Positions 46,752 to 56,703 of a stretch of 64,000 nt of DNA are shown here, in pieces (within the stretch, counting starts at the first letter, position 1; the number at the start of each line of letters is the position of its first letter). The stretch is from a virus (taxonomy: Duplodnaviria > Caudoviricetes). The stretch spans positions 1,322 to 65,321 of IMG/VR virus record IMGVR_UViG_3300006033_000027. One strand, written 5' to 3'. The notes beneath the pieces were generated by a model, which did not search any database, was not told the DNA's origin, and saw only the letters and a program-made list of their open reading frames with translations. The position numbers and the translations under genes were made by a program.

Positions 46752-49700
46752 TTAGTATCCTCTCCGGTTTCCCGAGGCGACGAATCGAGTAGTCTGACCG
46801 ACCAGGGTTCCCGTATCCATGACGATGGAGTTCTGTCCAGCCTGGCGCAGCAGGGCGCGGTCATACGGCGACAATTCTACCATCATGGGTCCTGTGTTCC
46901 CGACGAAGCCCCCCGTGGCGTAGGAGGACCCACCGGAGCCCGCGGACAGCGAGGCCAGGGCTCCTGCATAGGGCAGTCCAGTGCTCTGGTTGACCATGTG
47001 CTTGGGAACAACGTATTCCCCACCGTGGACGATACCCTTGGGCTCGTACTTGCCACCGTTGCCGGTGTACCCACCCATAGCGAACGGCTTGGTCCAGTCC
47101 CAGGTTTCCTGGACAGCCTTGGGCAGTGTCAGGAATCGGGTGGAGATCAGTTCCCTATTGGGCTGCTGGTTGTACCACTTCAGGAAGGCTGCTTCTCGCT
47201 GCGCCGCCAGGTCAGGCGGAGCCGCACTACCGCTGGAGGAATAGTTGATGTTCGCGTTCTTGTTAGCGGGGACCGCGTTGAACGCATCCAACTCCCGCTT
47301 GTACTTCTGGAAGGCCGCGTCATTACGGCGCCGCAGGTTCAACCAGCCAGTAAGCTGGTTCTTCCGGTTGAAGGCCGTGCGCTGGTCGTTCCACCACTTC
47401 TGGAAGTCGTTACCACCGTAGGACTTAGCCCATCCGGGCAGCTTCCATCCGGCCTGGAGCAAGAACTCCTTGTTGTCCAGAGCCCAGTTCTTCAGGGATG
47501 CGTTCATAGCGCCCTGGAGCCCCTTCGCGGTGAGCATTCCACTCTTGCCGTACTTGAATCCGGTGTTGATCTCCCAGTTCGGGACGGTACCCGCGGCGGC
47601 GCCGTACTGCTGGAGGATCGAGACACCCTCTTCGATCTGCTTGTTCGAGAACCCAGCCTCACGAGCCTGCTTCTTGAAGTCCTCGATCTGCTTCTTCAGG
47701 GCCGGGGAGTTCTTTCCGGTGATCTTTCCAGCCTGGGTCAGAACACCCAGGTAATCCACGTAGGACCCCACCACGTCCATCAGGGCGGCGTTGTTGGTGG
47801 CGTTCTTCTTTTCCTGCTTCTCGGCGGCAAGCTCACGCTGAGCCTTCGCCACTTCCTTCTGAGCGTCAGCCAGCGCCTTTTCAGCCTGAGCAGCCTTGGC
47901 CGTGTTCTCACCCAACTGGGCTCGCAGTTCCGCAGCCCGGACAGTATCACCGTACTTCTCCGCGACCTGAAGCTGGTACTGGAGCACCACGCGGTCGGCC
48001 TTCAGACCCGAGACTGTCTCGTTGTACTTCTGGCGGGCATCCGTGAGATCGTCCTGGGCGTCCTTCAGGCGCTCCATAGCGTCCTCCACGGGCTGCTGGG
48101 CCTGGGCGATGTTGTCCCAAGCGTCCTTGATTCCCTGGAGGGCATATACTCCCGCGGAGGCGAAGTCGAAGAACTGACCGAACAGGTCGCTCACATCGTC
48201 AGCGTAGTCCTGGGTGGTGCGCTTGGTCTGTTCCAGGATCTTGTTCTGCTTCTCGATCTGGGTGTTGAGCCAGTCCATCCGGTCGGAGTTAGCGTCGATC
48301 TGCTTCTGAAGCTCTTCCTTGGCCTTCTTGTTGGCCTCTTCCGCGGCGGTGTTCTGTTCCGTAGCCTTGGTGGACTTCTCCTGGGCAGCCCGGTAGGAGT
48401 CCACACCCTGAGTGATGGCGTCGAAGTTGATCGGCTGGAAGGTGGGCATCGGCAGCGCCGACTTGCCCCCCGCGGAGGCTGTCAGAATGTCGATCTGCTG
48501 CTTCATAGCCATCGCAGCTTCCGCCGAGATGAGACCCTTCTTGGTCAAGTAGTCGTACAGGGCGCCCAGGTTTGCAGCCGTCAGCGCAGCATCGTTGCCC
48601 GAGGCTTCCGCGACCGCGCTGGTCACGGAGTTCAGGGCCTTCATGTTGGCGATTCCAGCCTGGGTATAGAGACCGAACGCCTGACCATTCTCGCCCAGAG
48701 ACTCACCCAGAGCGAAGAGGGATTCCTGGAGTCCGATCATCGCGTCAGTACCAACGCCATCCAGCACGTCACTCGCCGTGGCGATTTCTTCCGCAGCGGC
48801 CTTGACTTCCTGCGCCCGGGCTTCCATAGCCTCAGCCACGGTGCCGGATGCAACCGCGTTGTGCCATGCCTCGGAGGACTTAGTAAGCTGCTGGTTCAGC
48901 CAGCCGACATCTCCACCAAGATCCTTGAATCGGCCCCGGACCCCGTTGATCGCGGTCAGGTAGGCGTCCACGTCGCCCGTGTTCAGGAGGTCGGCAAGGG
49001 CCTGGTCCAGTTCCTCGATGCCCTTGTCAGCATCACCCTCGAACCAGTCCACAATTCCACCGACGAGGGGGATGTCGGAGAACGCCTTGTTCATTCCGTA
49101 GTTGAACTGGGCTCCCCAGTCATAACCGATCTTGGCGGCTTCCTCCAGCAGATCCGACGTGTCCTGACCGGCGCCGAACAGGGAGTTCACCGTGTTGCGG
49201 AAACCTCCGGACTTGCCGATGGTGGCTTCCAGGGCACCCATGAAGTCTTCACCCTTCAGAAGGTTAGTGACTTCATCCAGACTGACCTTGAAGCCGGAGA
49301 GTTCCCGAGCACCATCAGCCAGCCAGTCGGCCAACTGGATGCCCACCAGGGCCAGGGAGACCACGCTCATGGCCTTCAGGCCCGTTGTCAGCAGCGAGGC
49401 TGCCGTTTGAGCCCGTCCCGCGGACAGACCGACCATCTGGAGGGAGGCAGCCAGCACAGAGCCGCCAGAGGCCGCTCCAAGCTCCGAACGCTGGAACTCC
49501 TTCAGGGCCGTGGCCGCAGCCGCAGTGGAACCCAGGAATCGCAGCATCAGAGACGTTACCAGGGCCACCACCCCACCCAGAGCGGTCATCCCACCGACGA
49601 TGGCGAAGATGGTAGACCCAACGGGGTTGTTCACCAAGTTGTTGAAGGCCCCGAGCAGTCCAATAGCGCCGTCGATCAGCCAGCCCAGGGCTCCCGTGGA

Positions 49701-51044
49701 GTCTGCGATGCTGGACACGAGCAACTGGAAGTTGTTGACAAGAACTGTTATCTTCTCTGCCACCGTGGACGAGATGATGCTGTACTGATCCTGGAGAGCC
49801 GAGCCCTCGTCCCAACCGACCTTGGCATCTTCCAGCGCCTTCGCCAGCAGGTCCGTGTTCTGGGCCAGCTTCAACATCACAGGGATGTCTCGGACACCGT
49901 TGATACCCAGATCCTTCAGCACGGTAACCCCACCCGTACCCAGTTCGTTCAGTCCAGCAGCGAACTGAGTCAGGGCGCCAGTAGCGTTGTCCCGCCACGC
50001 GGCAGCGAACTGCTGTCCCGACACCCCGGCAACCTGCCCGAAGGTCTCCAGAGCGTCCCCACCGTCAGCGATAGCCGATTCGATGAGGGTGAAGACACGG
50101 GTGACCGTACCACGGGCAAGTTCCGGCTGGGTACCCACGGAGGCCAGGGCCGCGGACAGACCGAACACCTCGTCGGCGGAGAGTCCGGACAGGGAACCGA
50201 TGGACGCGATCTGAGACGAGATCGAAATAATCTGAGACTCGGTGGCGACAGAGTTCACACCGACGTTCAGGATGGACGAGCCCAGTCGCTCGTAGTCCTT
50301 GGAGGCTACGTCGAGCAGGGCGGACAGCCGACCGAACGCGGTGGCGCTCGCCTCGGCGGTAACGTCTGTGGTGGCGGAGAACTTGACCACAAGGTTGGTG
50401 AAGCGGGCGATGTTCTGTTCAGCCACGCCCAACTGACCCGCCAGTGTAGCGATCTGAGTGATCGCACCCCAGGAGGCGGGCATGGTAGCGAACAGGGATT
50501 CGAGGTTTCCACGCAGGACATCCACCGCGTCACCCGTGGCACCGCTGGTACGCTGCACATCAGCGAATGCACGGTCCATCGAGATCGCCACGGCAGCCGC
50601 AGCGACCGAGGCTCCGACCATCGCAGCACCCATGATCGCCAGGGAACTGGACACGTCGTACAGAGCGTACCGCAATCGCGGAAGATTACCCGCAAGCTGA
50701 CTGGTGCTGCCAGACTGAGACATCGTGGCCTTGTGAGCCCGCTCGGTAGCCCGGGCAGAACGATCCTCAGCCATCGACCGCTGGTTTGCAGCACGCGCAG
50801 CGTTGAGATCAGCCTGGGAAGCCTGGTTGGTGGCTCGGGACTTCTCGACCTCGACCTTCGCCATCTTGATCGACGCAGAAGCAAGACGATCAATCGCCAG
50901 GGCGTAGTTGGCTGCGGCGCGGGATGCACGAACGGTTCCCGCGTCGGCCTTACCCGCTTCGGCAGTGAAGCGGTTGAGCGCCTGAATCGCAGCGCCCGCC
51001 TGGAGGCGGATCTCTACGTCAAGGTCGATGTTGTTATCAGCCAC
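46752..51044 (-). CDS. Tape measure protein
   Basis: 1430 aa, Ala-rich helical; TP901-like core; FAMGGYTG..GIVHGGEYV. Confidence 0.92.
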   Translation of the reverse strand: MADNNIDLDVEIRLQAGAAIQALNRFTAEAGKADAGTVRASRAAANYALAIDRLASASIKMAKVEVEKSRATNQASQADLNAARAANQRSMAEDRSARATERAHKATMSQSGSTSQLAGNLPRLRYALYDVSSSLAIMGAAMVGASVAAAAVAISMDRAFADVQRTSGATGDAVDVLRGNLESLFATMPASWGAITQIATLAGQLGVAEQNIARFTNLVVKFSATTDVTAEASATAFGRLSALLDVASKDYERLGSSILNVGVNSVATESQIISISSQIASIGSLSGLSADEVFGLSAALASVGTQPELARGTVTRVFTLIESAIADGGDALETFGQVAGVSGQQFAAAWRDNATGALTQFAAGLNELGTGGVTVLKDLGINGVRDIPVMLKLAQNTDLLAKALEDAKVGWDEGSALQDQYSIISSTVAEKITVLVNNFQLLVSSIADSTGALGWLIDGAIGLLGAFNNLVNNPVGSTIFAIVGGMTALGGVVALVTSLMLRFLGSTAAAATALKEFQRSELGAASGGSVLAASLQMVGLSAGRAQTAASLLTTGLKAMSVVSLALVGIQLADWLADGARELSGFKVSLDEVTNLLKGEDFMGALEATIGKSGGFRNTVNSLFGAGQDTSDLLEEAAKIGYDWGAQFNYGMNKAFSDIPLVGGIVDWFEGDADKGIEELDQALADLLNTGDVDAYLTAINGVRGRFKDLGGDVGWLNQQLTKSSEAWHNAVASGTVAEAMEARAQEVKAAAEEIATASDVLDGVGTDAMIGLQESLFALGESLGENGQAFGLYTQAGIANMKALNSVTSAVAEASGNDAALTAANLGALYDYLTKKGLISAEAAMAMKQQIDILTASAGGKSALPMPTFQPINFDAITQGVDSYRAAQEKSTKATEQNTAAEEANKKAKEELQKQIDANSDRMDWLNTQIEKQNKILEQTKRTTQDYADDVSDLFGQFFDFASAGVYALQGIKDAWDNIAQAQQPVEDAMERLKDAQDDLTDARQKYNETVSGLKADRVVLQYQLQVAEKYGDTVRAAELRAQLGENTAKAAQAEKALADAQKEVAKAQRELAAEKQEKKNATNNAALMDVVGSYVDYLGVLTQAGKITGKNSPALKKQIEDFKKQAREAGFSNKQIEEGVSILQQYGAAAGTVPNWEINTGFKYGKSGMLTAKGLQGAMNASLKNWALDNKEFLLQAGWKLPGWAKSYGGNDFQKWWNDQRTAFNRKNQLTGWLNLRRRNDAAFQKYKRELDAFNAVPANKNANINYSSSGSAAPPDLAAQREAAFLKWYNQQPNRELISTRFLTLPKAVQETWDWTKPFAMGGYTGNGGKYEPKGIVHGGEYVVPKHMVNQSTGLPYAGALASLSAGSGGSSYATGGFVGNTGPMMVELSPYDRALLRQAGQNSIVMDTGTLVGQTTRFVASGNRRGY

Positions 51045-51092
51045 GCAAAATATTCCGGTAGGGGTATAGGATCAACCTACATTCTACCAGGG

Positions 51093-51662
51093 CTATTTGC
51101 TGCTACCCTCGTGGTTCCTTCCGAAGGACTGCCCGGGGTCGGGAGCAGCCCACTTGGTCATCGCTGTGCCCTGCTCGGGGTACTGTTCCTCCACCGTGGA
51201 ATCCGCGTTGGGGGGCGACCACGGCTTGTCCTTCTCGGCCCGTTGCTTGAACCACTGGTCGATGGTCGGCCACTGCGTAGCACCCGTCAGATAGGGCTCC
51301 GCGGTGACGAACTGCCCCGGCTTGCGCTTGTAGGACTTGTTGGAGGTGTACTTGTCGATGGCCTCCTGCTTCTTGTTCGTCTTCACCACGGCCCGCCAGC
51401 CAACGTGAGGATCGTCCAGGTAGTGCATCGGGGTACCGTCCCCGTCTGTGACTGACTCGTAGAGAGCGTAGGCAGAGAACAGCGCCATGTCCCAGGACGT
51501 GTCGTTGTTGGGGTTTTCTGCGATCTCCCCAGTCCACGGGTCCCGATGTCCGAATGCGTAGTCCCGAGAGATCACCGCGGTAGGGCGACGACCACTCTGG
51601 ATGGCGATACGGATGTCAGGAAGGTATCGACTGTTCGCCGTCGAAGTGAATACCTTTAGGAG
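51093..51662 (-). CDS. Tail assembly chaperone, frameshift-extension part
   Basis: -1 frame is open from the GGATTTC site to 51093. Confidence 0.7.
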   Translation of the reverse strand, partial: LLKVFTSTANSRYLPDIRIAIQSGRRPTAVISRDYAFGHRDPWTGEIAENPNNDTSWDMALFSAYALYESVTDGDGTPMHYLDDPHVGWRAVVKTNKKQEAIDKYTSNKSYKRKPGQFVTAEPYLTGATQWPTIDQWFKQRAEKDKPWSPPNADSTVEEQYPEQGTAMTKWAAPDPGQSFGRNHEGSSK

Positions 51663-52315
51663 AAATCCGGCGACTGCCGGTGCAGTTCGAATCCCAGGCT
51701 GGTGTCCTGGTACAGCTTCTCGATAGCTGCCTGAACCTTGTTCACCTCGGTGGTGGGAGCTTCCTCGCGGATCGTCTTGATGATCTCATCGCTGACCGGG
51801 TAGCTGCGACCGATGGGATATTCGATCTTGGTGATGTGCAGAGACCAGGAGAGCCCGGTGAAGTAGTCGATCTGCTTGCGGGCCGTCTCATCGTCGTTGC
51901 GGTCCTTGATCTTGAACTCCCGACGAGCCTTGGCCTCAGCCAATTCTACCTTCTTGATCGGCACCCCGCGCAGATGGATTCGAGCCTTGAACTTCGGGTT
52001 CTCGATCTGCTCATCCAGATCCCGGATCTTGGCGTTCAGTTCTTCGATCTTGGCGAAGACAACCTCATCATCCTCACGAAGCTGCTTGATGTAGTCACCC
52101 TTGAACTTCTCACGGATAAGCTCGGGGAGAGTCTGGAAGGTCTGAGAGAACGGAACAGCCTCAGCCAGTTCAGTTTCCAGGATGGCACGTTCGGTAGCGG
52201 CCACTGCGTTGAAGTACAGGTCTACCGTGGTCTCCGGATAGTCCAATCCGGTCAGGGTCTTTAGGAGGTCGAACTCTTCCTCGGGCTCAACGGCCTCAAT
52301 TTCCTCGTCGCTCAT
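51656..52315 (-). CDS. Tail assembly chaperone
   Basis: Between tail tube and tape measure genes; ends CCG GAT TTC TCC TAA. Confidence 0.8.
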   Translation of the reverse strand: MSDEEIEAVEPEEEFDLLKTLTGLDYPETTVDLYFNAVAATERAILETELAEAVPFSQTFQTLPELIREKFKGDYIKQLREDDEVVFAKIEELNAKIRDLDEQIENPKFKARIHLRGVPIKKVELAEAKARREFKIKDRNDDETARKQIDYFTGLSWSLHITKIEYPIGRSYPVSDEIIKTIREEAPTTEVNKVQAAIEKLYQDTSLGFELHRQSPDFS

Positions 52316-52359
52316 GGCGCCTAGCCTATCACATTCGAGATAACATTATCGCGTATATG

Positions 52360-52399
52360 AGAGAACCCCCAGGCCGTGAGATGCCCAGGGGGTTCTCTC
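52360..52399 (-). terminator. Intrinsic terminator after tail tube genes
   Basis: GAGAGAACCCCC..GGGGGTTCTCTC inverted repeat. Confidence 0.7.
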
Positions 52400-52419
52400 T
52401 GTAGCGAGAGAGGGATAGG

Positions 52420-53193
52420 TTATGAGATCGTGATGCTCTTAGCTGTCGAAGCTGTTCCCGTGCGAGGGTCGGTCGCCGTGAAGGACGCCGATCCCGCATC
52501 CAGAGCCTCGACAACTCCAGCGTTGGTGATGGTCGCCAGGGCCGGAGTGCTGGTCGCCCACACAACTCCGGTGGTGACGTTACGACCACCGATGGAGGCG
52601 TACAACCGCAGGATGTCTCCCTCATCCGCAGTGGTCGGGCCTGTGATGGTAACTGTCGGCGCCGATGTTCCCAGGACTGTGTAGGAAATCAGTTCACCCT
52701 TCGGGACGAAGGAGATCGTCTGTCGGAAGGCATCCTCACCCACGGCAACAGCCTGGTAAGCGTCGGTCTGAACCTTGTAGACGGTCACGAAGTCGCCCGC
52801 AGCAGCGGCAGTCTCACCCTTGGTCGAGTCGGGCAGTTCGCCGTCCATTCGGATGACGAGGTAGCCCTGAGTGCCCGGGAGATCCAGAGCATCGTAGACC
52901 AGAGACAGCTTGCTGGAGTTGTCATCGAAGGTCTTGGGGTAGTAGAAGCTGAGGTTTCCGCCGTACTGAGCCGCACCGCGGTCAGCAAAGTTCCCCATGT
53001 CGTTCCACGAGGGATCGTTCAGGGTGTTGGACGCCTCGGCACCGAAGTCGCTGTCATTGAACGAGACCGCGGGGGTCAGGTTCAGAAGCGCGTTGACCTC
53101 AGAAACCGTGGGGCGCTGAGGGTTGGTGAAAGCGTTGGTCAGTCCCCACCAGACGGAGACGTTACCACCGATTGCGTATCGAAGATCAGTCAT
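52420..53193 (-). CDS. Tail tube protein paralog with C-terminal Ig-like domain
   Basis: PTVSEVNA..LT.AV tail-tube motif; VVWATSTPALATI Big_2-like domain. Confidence 0.8.
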   Translation of the reverse strand: MTDLRYAIGGNVSVWWGLTNAFTNPQRPTVSEVNALLNLTPAVSFNDSDFGAEASNTLNDPSWNDMGNFADRGAAQYGGNLSFYYPKTFDDNSSKLSLVYDALDLPGTQGYLVIRMDGELPDSTKGETAAAAGDFVTVYKVQTDAYQAVAVGEDAFRQTISFVPKGELISYTVLGTSAPTVTITGPTTADEGDILRLYASIGGRNVTTGVVWATSTPALATITNAGVVEALDAGSASFTATDPRTGTASTAKSITIS

Positions 53194-53207
53194 GTGTCAG
53201 TCGCTCC

Positions 53208-53750
53208 TTACGCAGCCAGTTCGTAGTTCCACAGGAGGTCACCGCGGAACAAGAAGTTCTGGGTGATCCGTGCGTTGTCGGTGGCACCGTCGATGGGCCA
53301 CACCGGAATGTCGGTAGCCACCTTGACCAGAGAGATCCGGTCACCAGCAGCGAACGTCTGGTTGGAGTCCTTACCGATACGCTGAATCGCGTAGTATTCG
53401 ATGTCCGGGTACATCATCAGATCCCGCGCCTCGTTGAACTCTCCGGTCGCGTCGTTGTCCGCGTCCAACAGAGCCTCGAACACCACGGTGGCGTTCACAA
53501 AGGTCGGGTTCACTTCGGAAGCGTCCTGGCAGAAAGTCAGACCGTCGTCGGTGTCGGAGTCGTCCTTGCTGAACTCGGTGCCGTCTTCCCACAGAGCGCA
53601 GGTGATGTTGTGAACACCGTTCTGGGTGCCTGTGGAGGCGTTCCAGATCGCGTTCAGTTCCGTGCTTGTCGGGGCAGTCCAGTCGGCAATGTACTCCGGG
53701 AGGGCCAGCAGAAACGTAACGTTTCGCCGGAAAAGTCGTGTGTTAGCCAT
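53208..53750 (-). CDS. Major tail tube protein
   Basis: IAD..APTSTELNA..NITCAL..RIGK..AAGD. Confidence 0.82.
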   Translation of the reverse strand: MANTRLFRRNVTFLLALPEYIADWTAPTSTELNAIWNASTGTQNGVHNITCALWEDGTEFSKDDSDTDDGLTFCQDASEVNPTFVNATVVFEALLDADNDATGEFNEARDLMMYPDIEYYAIQRIGKDSNQTFAAGDRISLVKVATDIPVWPIDGATDNARITQNFLFRGDLLWNYELAA

Positions 53751-53974
53751 TAGTCCTCGATCTCGTTCTCGAAGCTGTCATCGTCCTCCGTGGAGTCCGT
53801 TTCCGATTCCTCGTCAACGAGATCCCCATGAACGTCCCGGGGATAGCCATAGGCCAGGGGCTTCCCTGACTTGGAGAGTTCCAGATTGGCACCGAGAACC
53901 GGGTGGTTGAAGATCCGGAGGGGGACCTCAGCTACCTGTCCACTGATGACATTGAGTGCGGTGACAGTTTCCAT
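53750..53974 (-). CDS. Small acidic hypothetical protein
   Basis: TAATG overlap with tail tube gene. Confidence 0.65.
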   Translation of the reverse strand: METVTALNVISGQVAEVPLRIFNHPVLGANLELSKSGKPLAYGYPRDVHGDLVDEESETDSTEDDDSFENEIED

Positions 53975-53982
53975 ACCCCTCT

Positions 53983-54030
53983 AGGATACCATGAAGGGCG
54001 AATCCTAGCGTTACGGAACCTCTATGTCAA
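53983..54030 (-). promoter_or_regulatory. Late promoter element, copy 1
   Basis: TTGACA -17 nt- TAGGATTCGCCCTTCATGGTATCCT. Confidence 0.7.
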
Positions 54031-54496
54031 GCCCTGAGAGGGTAGTTCGCAAAGAAGTCGTTGCAGAGAAGGCTTCTACGACGTTCTGAGCGTTCAGAAT
54101 CGGGTAGCCCAGGGCGAATCCCGGGATGGTGTTCAACTCCCCGGAGCCGATGGGTGAGTGCCCCACAAGGTAGTCCTGAATCCAGTCTCGAAGATCCTTC
54201 GCGGAGATCCAGTCGGCAGCCACGCAGAAGAAGTCCACCGTCATCCGGTAGGAATCCTTGCGGGCTCCCCCGAACGACCTACCTCCGGCCTGAACCGCGT
54301 TGCCCCACCGCACGTCGATGTATGGCTCGATGGTGCCGTTGACCCGGCGCAGGCTTTCCCAGTAGGGCAGACCAGCCACGGGGCGGTACCGCGGGAAGGC
54401 AGTGGACATCGACGCTTCGTAGGCAGGAGCCAGCGCATCCAGGAGGAAATCCTGAACGTCTTGCTCAACGAGCTTGGGAAGATACTCAGTAGCCAT
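54011..54496 (-). CDS. Tail terminator-like protein
   Basis: Position before tail tube; PYIDV..FFCVA. Confidence 0.65.
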   Translation of the reverse strand: MATEYLPKLVEQDVQDFLLDALAPAYEASMSTAFPRYRPVAGLPYWESLRRVNGTIEPYIDVRWGNAVQAGGRSFGGARKDSYRMTVDFFCVAADWISAKDLRDWIQDYLVGHSPIGSGELNTIPGFALGYPILNAQNVVEAFSATTSLRTTLSGLDIEVP

Positions 54497-54948
54497 TACA
54501 GTCGGATGTTCCCTCCGAGTTCGTCCTTGATGTGCAGAGCCGACAATTCGGCAGCCGCTCGAAGAGCATACATGCCTTCGACATCCCGCTGCGCCCAGAT
54601 GTGGTAGAAACCACCTTCCTGGTAGTGGTAGTAGGTCGGTGCCGGGAAAGGACCCAGCCAGCCGTAGGCCGACATATATTCCTTCTCCGTGTCGATCACA
54701 CCCAGGGCGTAGTCCACATCGTCCAGCATGTCACCGGACGCCACCCGCCCCTGCTTGCCGGACTCGGGAGTGCCGCTGGAGTTCACGAAGAGACGGACCT
54801 GAGACTTGCCGTTCTGGGCAGCCTCATCCACCACCCACTTAGCGTAGTCGGTGATCTTGGTAAGTTCTCGGGTGACATTCTGAGCAATGACTTCTCCCAG
54901 GCCAACATTTCGCCCATTGACAAAGATTCCTGCGCTATTCGCCATCAT
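54496..54948 (-). CDS. Neck protein (HK97 gp10-like)
   Basis: GRVASGDM..Y..YQEGG. Confidence 0.65.
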   Translation of the reverse strand: MMANSAGIFVNGRNVGLGEVIAQNVTRELTKITDYAKWVVDEAAQNGKSQVRLFVNSSGTPESGKQGRVASGDMLDDVDYALGVIDTEKEYMSAYGWLGPFPAPTYYHYQEGGFYHIWAQRDVEGMYALRAAAELSALHIKDELGGNIRL

Positions 54949-56002
54949 CGTCCTCCGTGGGAATTACCGGCCCAGTAGATCGGGAATCGTTCGGAGATCC
55001 CGACCAGGACCAACCTTCGGAGTAACCATCTGCGAACTGCCCATCGTAGTCTCCTACAACCCACATCAGGTTCCGAAACTCGACATAGGCTTCTACGGGC
55101 CAATCCTCCACATCAAGACTCGCTAGAGCGAAAGACGGCCCGAGAACGTTGGTCCAGGGGTCATCCGAGGAAGGAATCGTCACCTTCACAGTGATCTCCG
55201 CTTCCTGCCCTTGAACTAGGACAATTTCTCCACCCGGGTACGGGACAAAGCCAGATTCGTTCTCATCAAAGACCGGGCCATCGCTTCGAGCCACGGTGAA
55301 CAGAAGAGTGACATCCTCGGAGGAAACAGCAGTCGCCTTGATCGTGTGAACTTGGCCCGGAACGTAAGTGATCGCGTTCACGTCTGAGTGATAGAACACT
55401 CCGCCGAGGAACGCACCTTCGTCACTAACACGAGTTACCCGCAGAGCGTAACCATCGTCGGTCATCTCAATAGAAGCTCCGAGATTGTCTAAGGCTGTCC
55501 AGTAGTTGATATTGTCTGGGGTCGGCGTAACCATCTCGTTCGTGACAAGCGCTGGCGAGTCGATTACCGCTTCCAAAGGTACCACGCAGTAGATGTCCCG
55601 AACCTGCATCTTGTCGCTGTTCCCGAAGGCCCGAACCTCATACAGATATGTCGTCAACTCAGGATTCTTACCACCGTTTGTTACACGAATCTGAAACTTG
55701 CGCTCAATCTTTCCAGCATAGCCACCTCGGGAAGGCTTTTTCAACTGAATTCGGAACAGAACTTCCGTTGTAGGATCATAGCTGATCTCCGTGTACGTTC
55801 CAAGGGAGATCTGCTGAACCCGAGCGTCCTGATCGGTCGCCACCACCACGGGGGCTCCCCACTTACCTGTGTCGGTAGACGGGTCATAACTCGTAGGACG
55901 TTCGATATTGTGAGTGTCGAGAATCGAAACTTTAGCGTCGAACTGTTCCTCAGCAATCGGGGCGATATCGTCCCAGGGATCAGTTACTGGACTGGGAAGC
56001 AA
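54935..56002 (-). CDS. Head-tail stopper with C-terminal CBM-like domain
   Basis: TTG 56002 after GGAGG; ARVQ stopper-like N-domain; FADG..WSWSG C-domain. Confidence 0.65.
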   Translation of the reverse strand: MLPSPVTDPWDDIAPIAEEQFDAKVSILDTHNIERPTSYDPSTDTGKWGAPVVVATDQDARVQQISLGTYTEISYDPTTEVLFRIQLKKPSRGGYAGKIERKFQIRVTNGGKNPELTTYLYEVRAFGNSDKMQVRDIYCVVPLEAVIDSPALVTNEMVTPTPDNINYWTALDNLGASIEMTDDGYALRVTRVSDEGAFLGGVFYHSDVNAITYVPGQVHTIKATAVSSEDVTLLFTVARSDGPVFDENESGFVPYPGGEIVLVQGQEAEITVKVTIPSSDDPWTNVLGPSFALASLDVEDWPVEAYVEFRNLMWVVGDYDGQFADGYSEGWSWSGSPNDSRSTGPVIPTEDDDGE

Positions 56003-56430
56003 TGTCCACCTCCACAGGAGCACGGCCAAGGAGACCCCTCCGGGTGAACACAACCCTCCTTGCCGTTCGGAGTCAGTTCGAAGCCTCCCTCGATGGAGTC
56101 CTGTGTATCCGCAGCCTTGTCCCACTGAGCCGCCAGGGCAATAAACTGGTCCGCTCGCATCCGGTTATCTACCGAGAGATCATAGGTCTTAGCCGCAACC
56201 GAGCGAGCCGCAAAATGAGCCGCCAGGGATCGATAGGCATTCGCCACCGCCCGGGGTCCAAACTCGCCACCGGACAGTGCCAGAAGGGATTCCAACTCGG
56301 TATCCGAGAAGTAGTCGTAGTTTGCGGTGTTCCCTACGATGTTCGTCGCGTTGGTATCACCGATGGCGCCGCGGAGGGATGCGACATCCTGATTCGGATT
56401 GGAGGTGTAGGGGTAATATCCGGTGGGCAT
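55984..56430 (-). CDS. Head-tail adaptor
   Basis: LR..IGDT..FSDTELESLL..A..YDLSVD. Confidence 0.75.
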   Translation of the reverse strand: MPTGYYPYTSNPNQDVASLRGAIGDTNATNIVGNTANYDYFSDTELESLLALSGGEFGPRAVANAYRSLAAHFAARSVAAKTYDLSVDNRMRADQFIALAAQWDKAADTQDSIEGGFELTPNGKEGCVHPEGSPWPCSCGGGHCFPVQ

Positions 56431-56452
56431 GATGCCTCCATTCTACCAGTCG

Positions 56453-56538
56453 CGGTGTGCGGAGGGCTCGAACCCCAATCCCCGAGAGGATCGTTCACCT
56501 TAGCAGGATGACCCACCCCCGCGGGTGGTTCACACACC
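56453..56538 (-). tRNA. tRNA-Ser(GCT)
   Basis: TCATC CTGCTAA GGTGA; long variable arm; G73. Confidence 0.82.
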
Positions 56539-56539
56539 T

Positions 56540-56625
56540 TGGCGGAACGCGGAGGAATCGAACCCCTGCCCCGAAGGACCCCCGGTTTTCGAGACCGGCG
56601 CCGGACCATCCCAGCTTCACGCTCC
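56540..56625 (-). tRNA. tRNA-Ser(CGA)
   Basis: CCGGT CTCGAAA ACCGG; variable arm; GCCA end. Confidence 0.88.
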
Positions 56626-56626
56626 G

Positions 56627-56703
56627 TGGAGCCCCAGGCAGGAGTCGAACCCGCAACGTCCTGCTTACAGGGCAGGCATTCTAGCCAGTTGAATTACTAG
56701 GGC
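56627..56703 (-). tRNA. tRNA-Thr(TGT)
   Basis: CCTGC CCTGTAA GCAGG (C33); TCCA end. Confidence 0.88.

Noticed and set aside
46602-51455. 1617-aa plus-strand ORF
   Set aside because: Antisense shadow of the tape measure gene; GC3-biased codons rarely give stops on the opposite strand. The same applies to 21740-24067, 19523-20728, 28051-29262 and 60831-62069.
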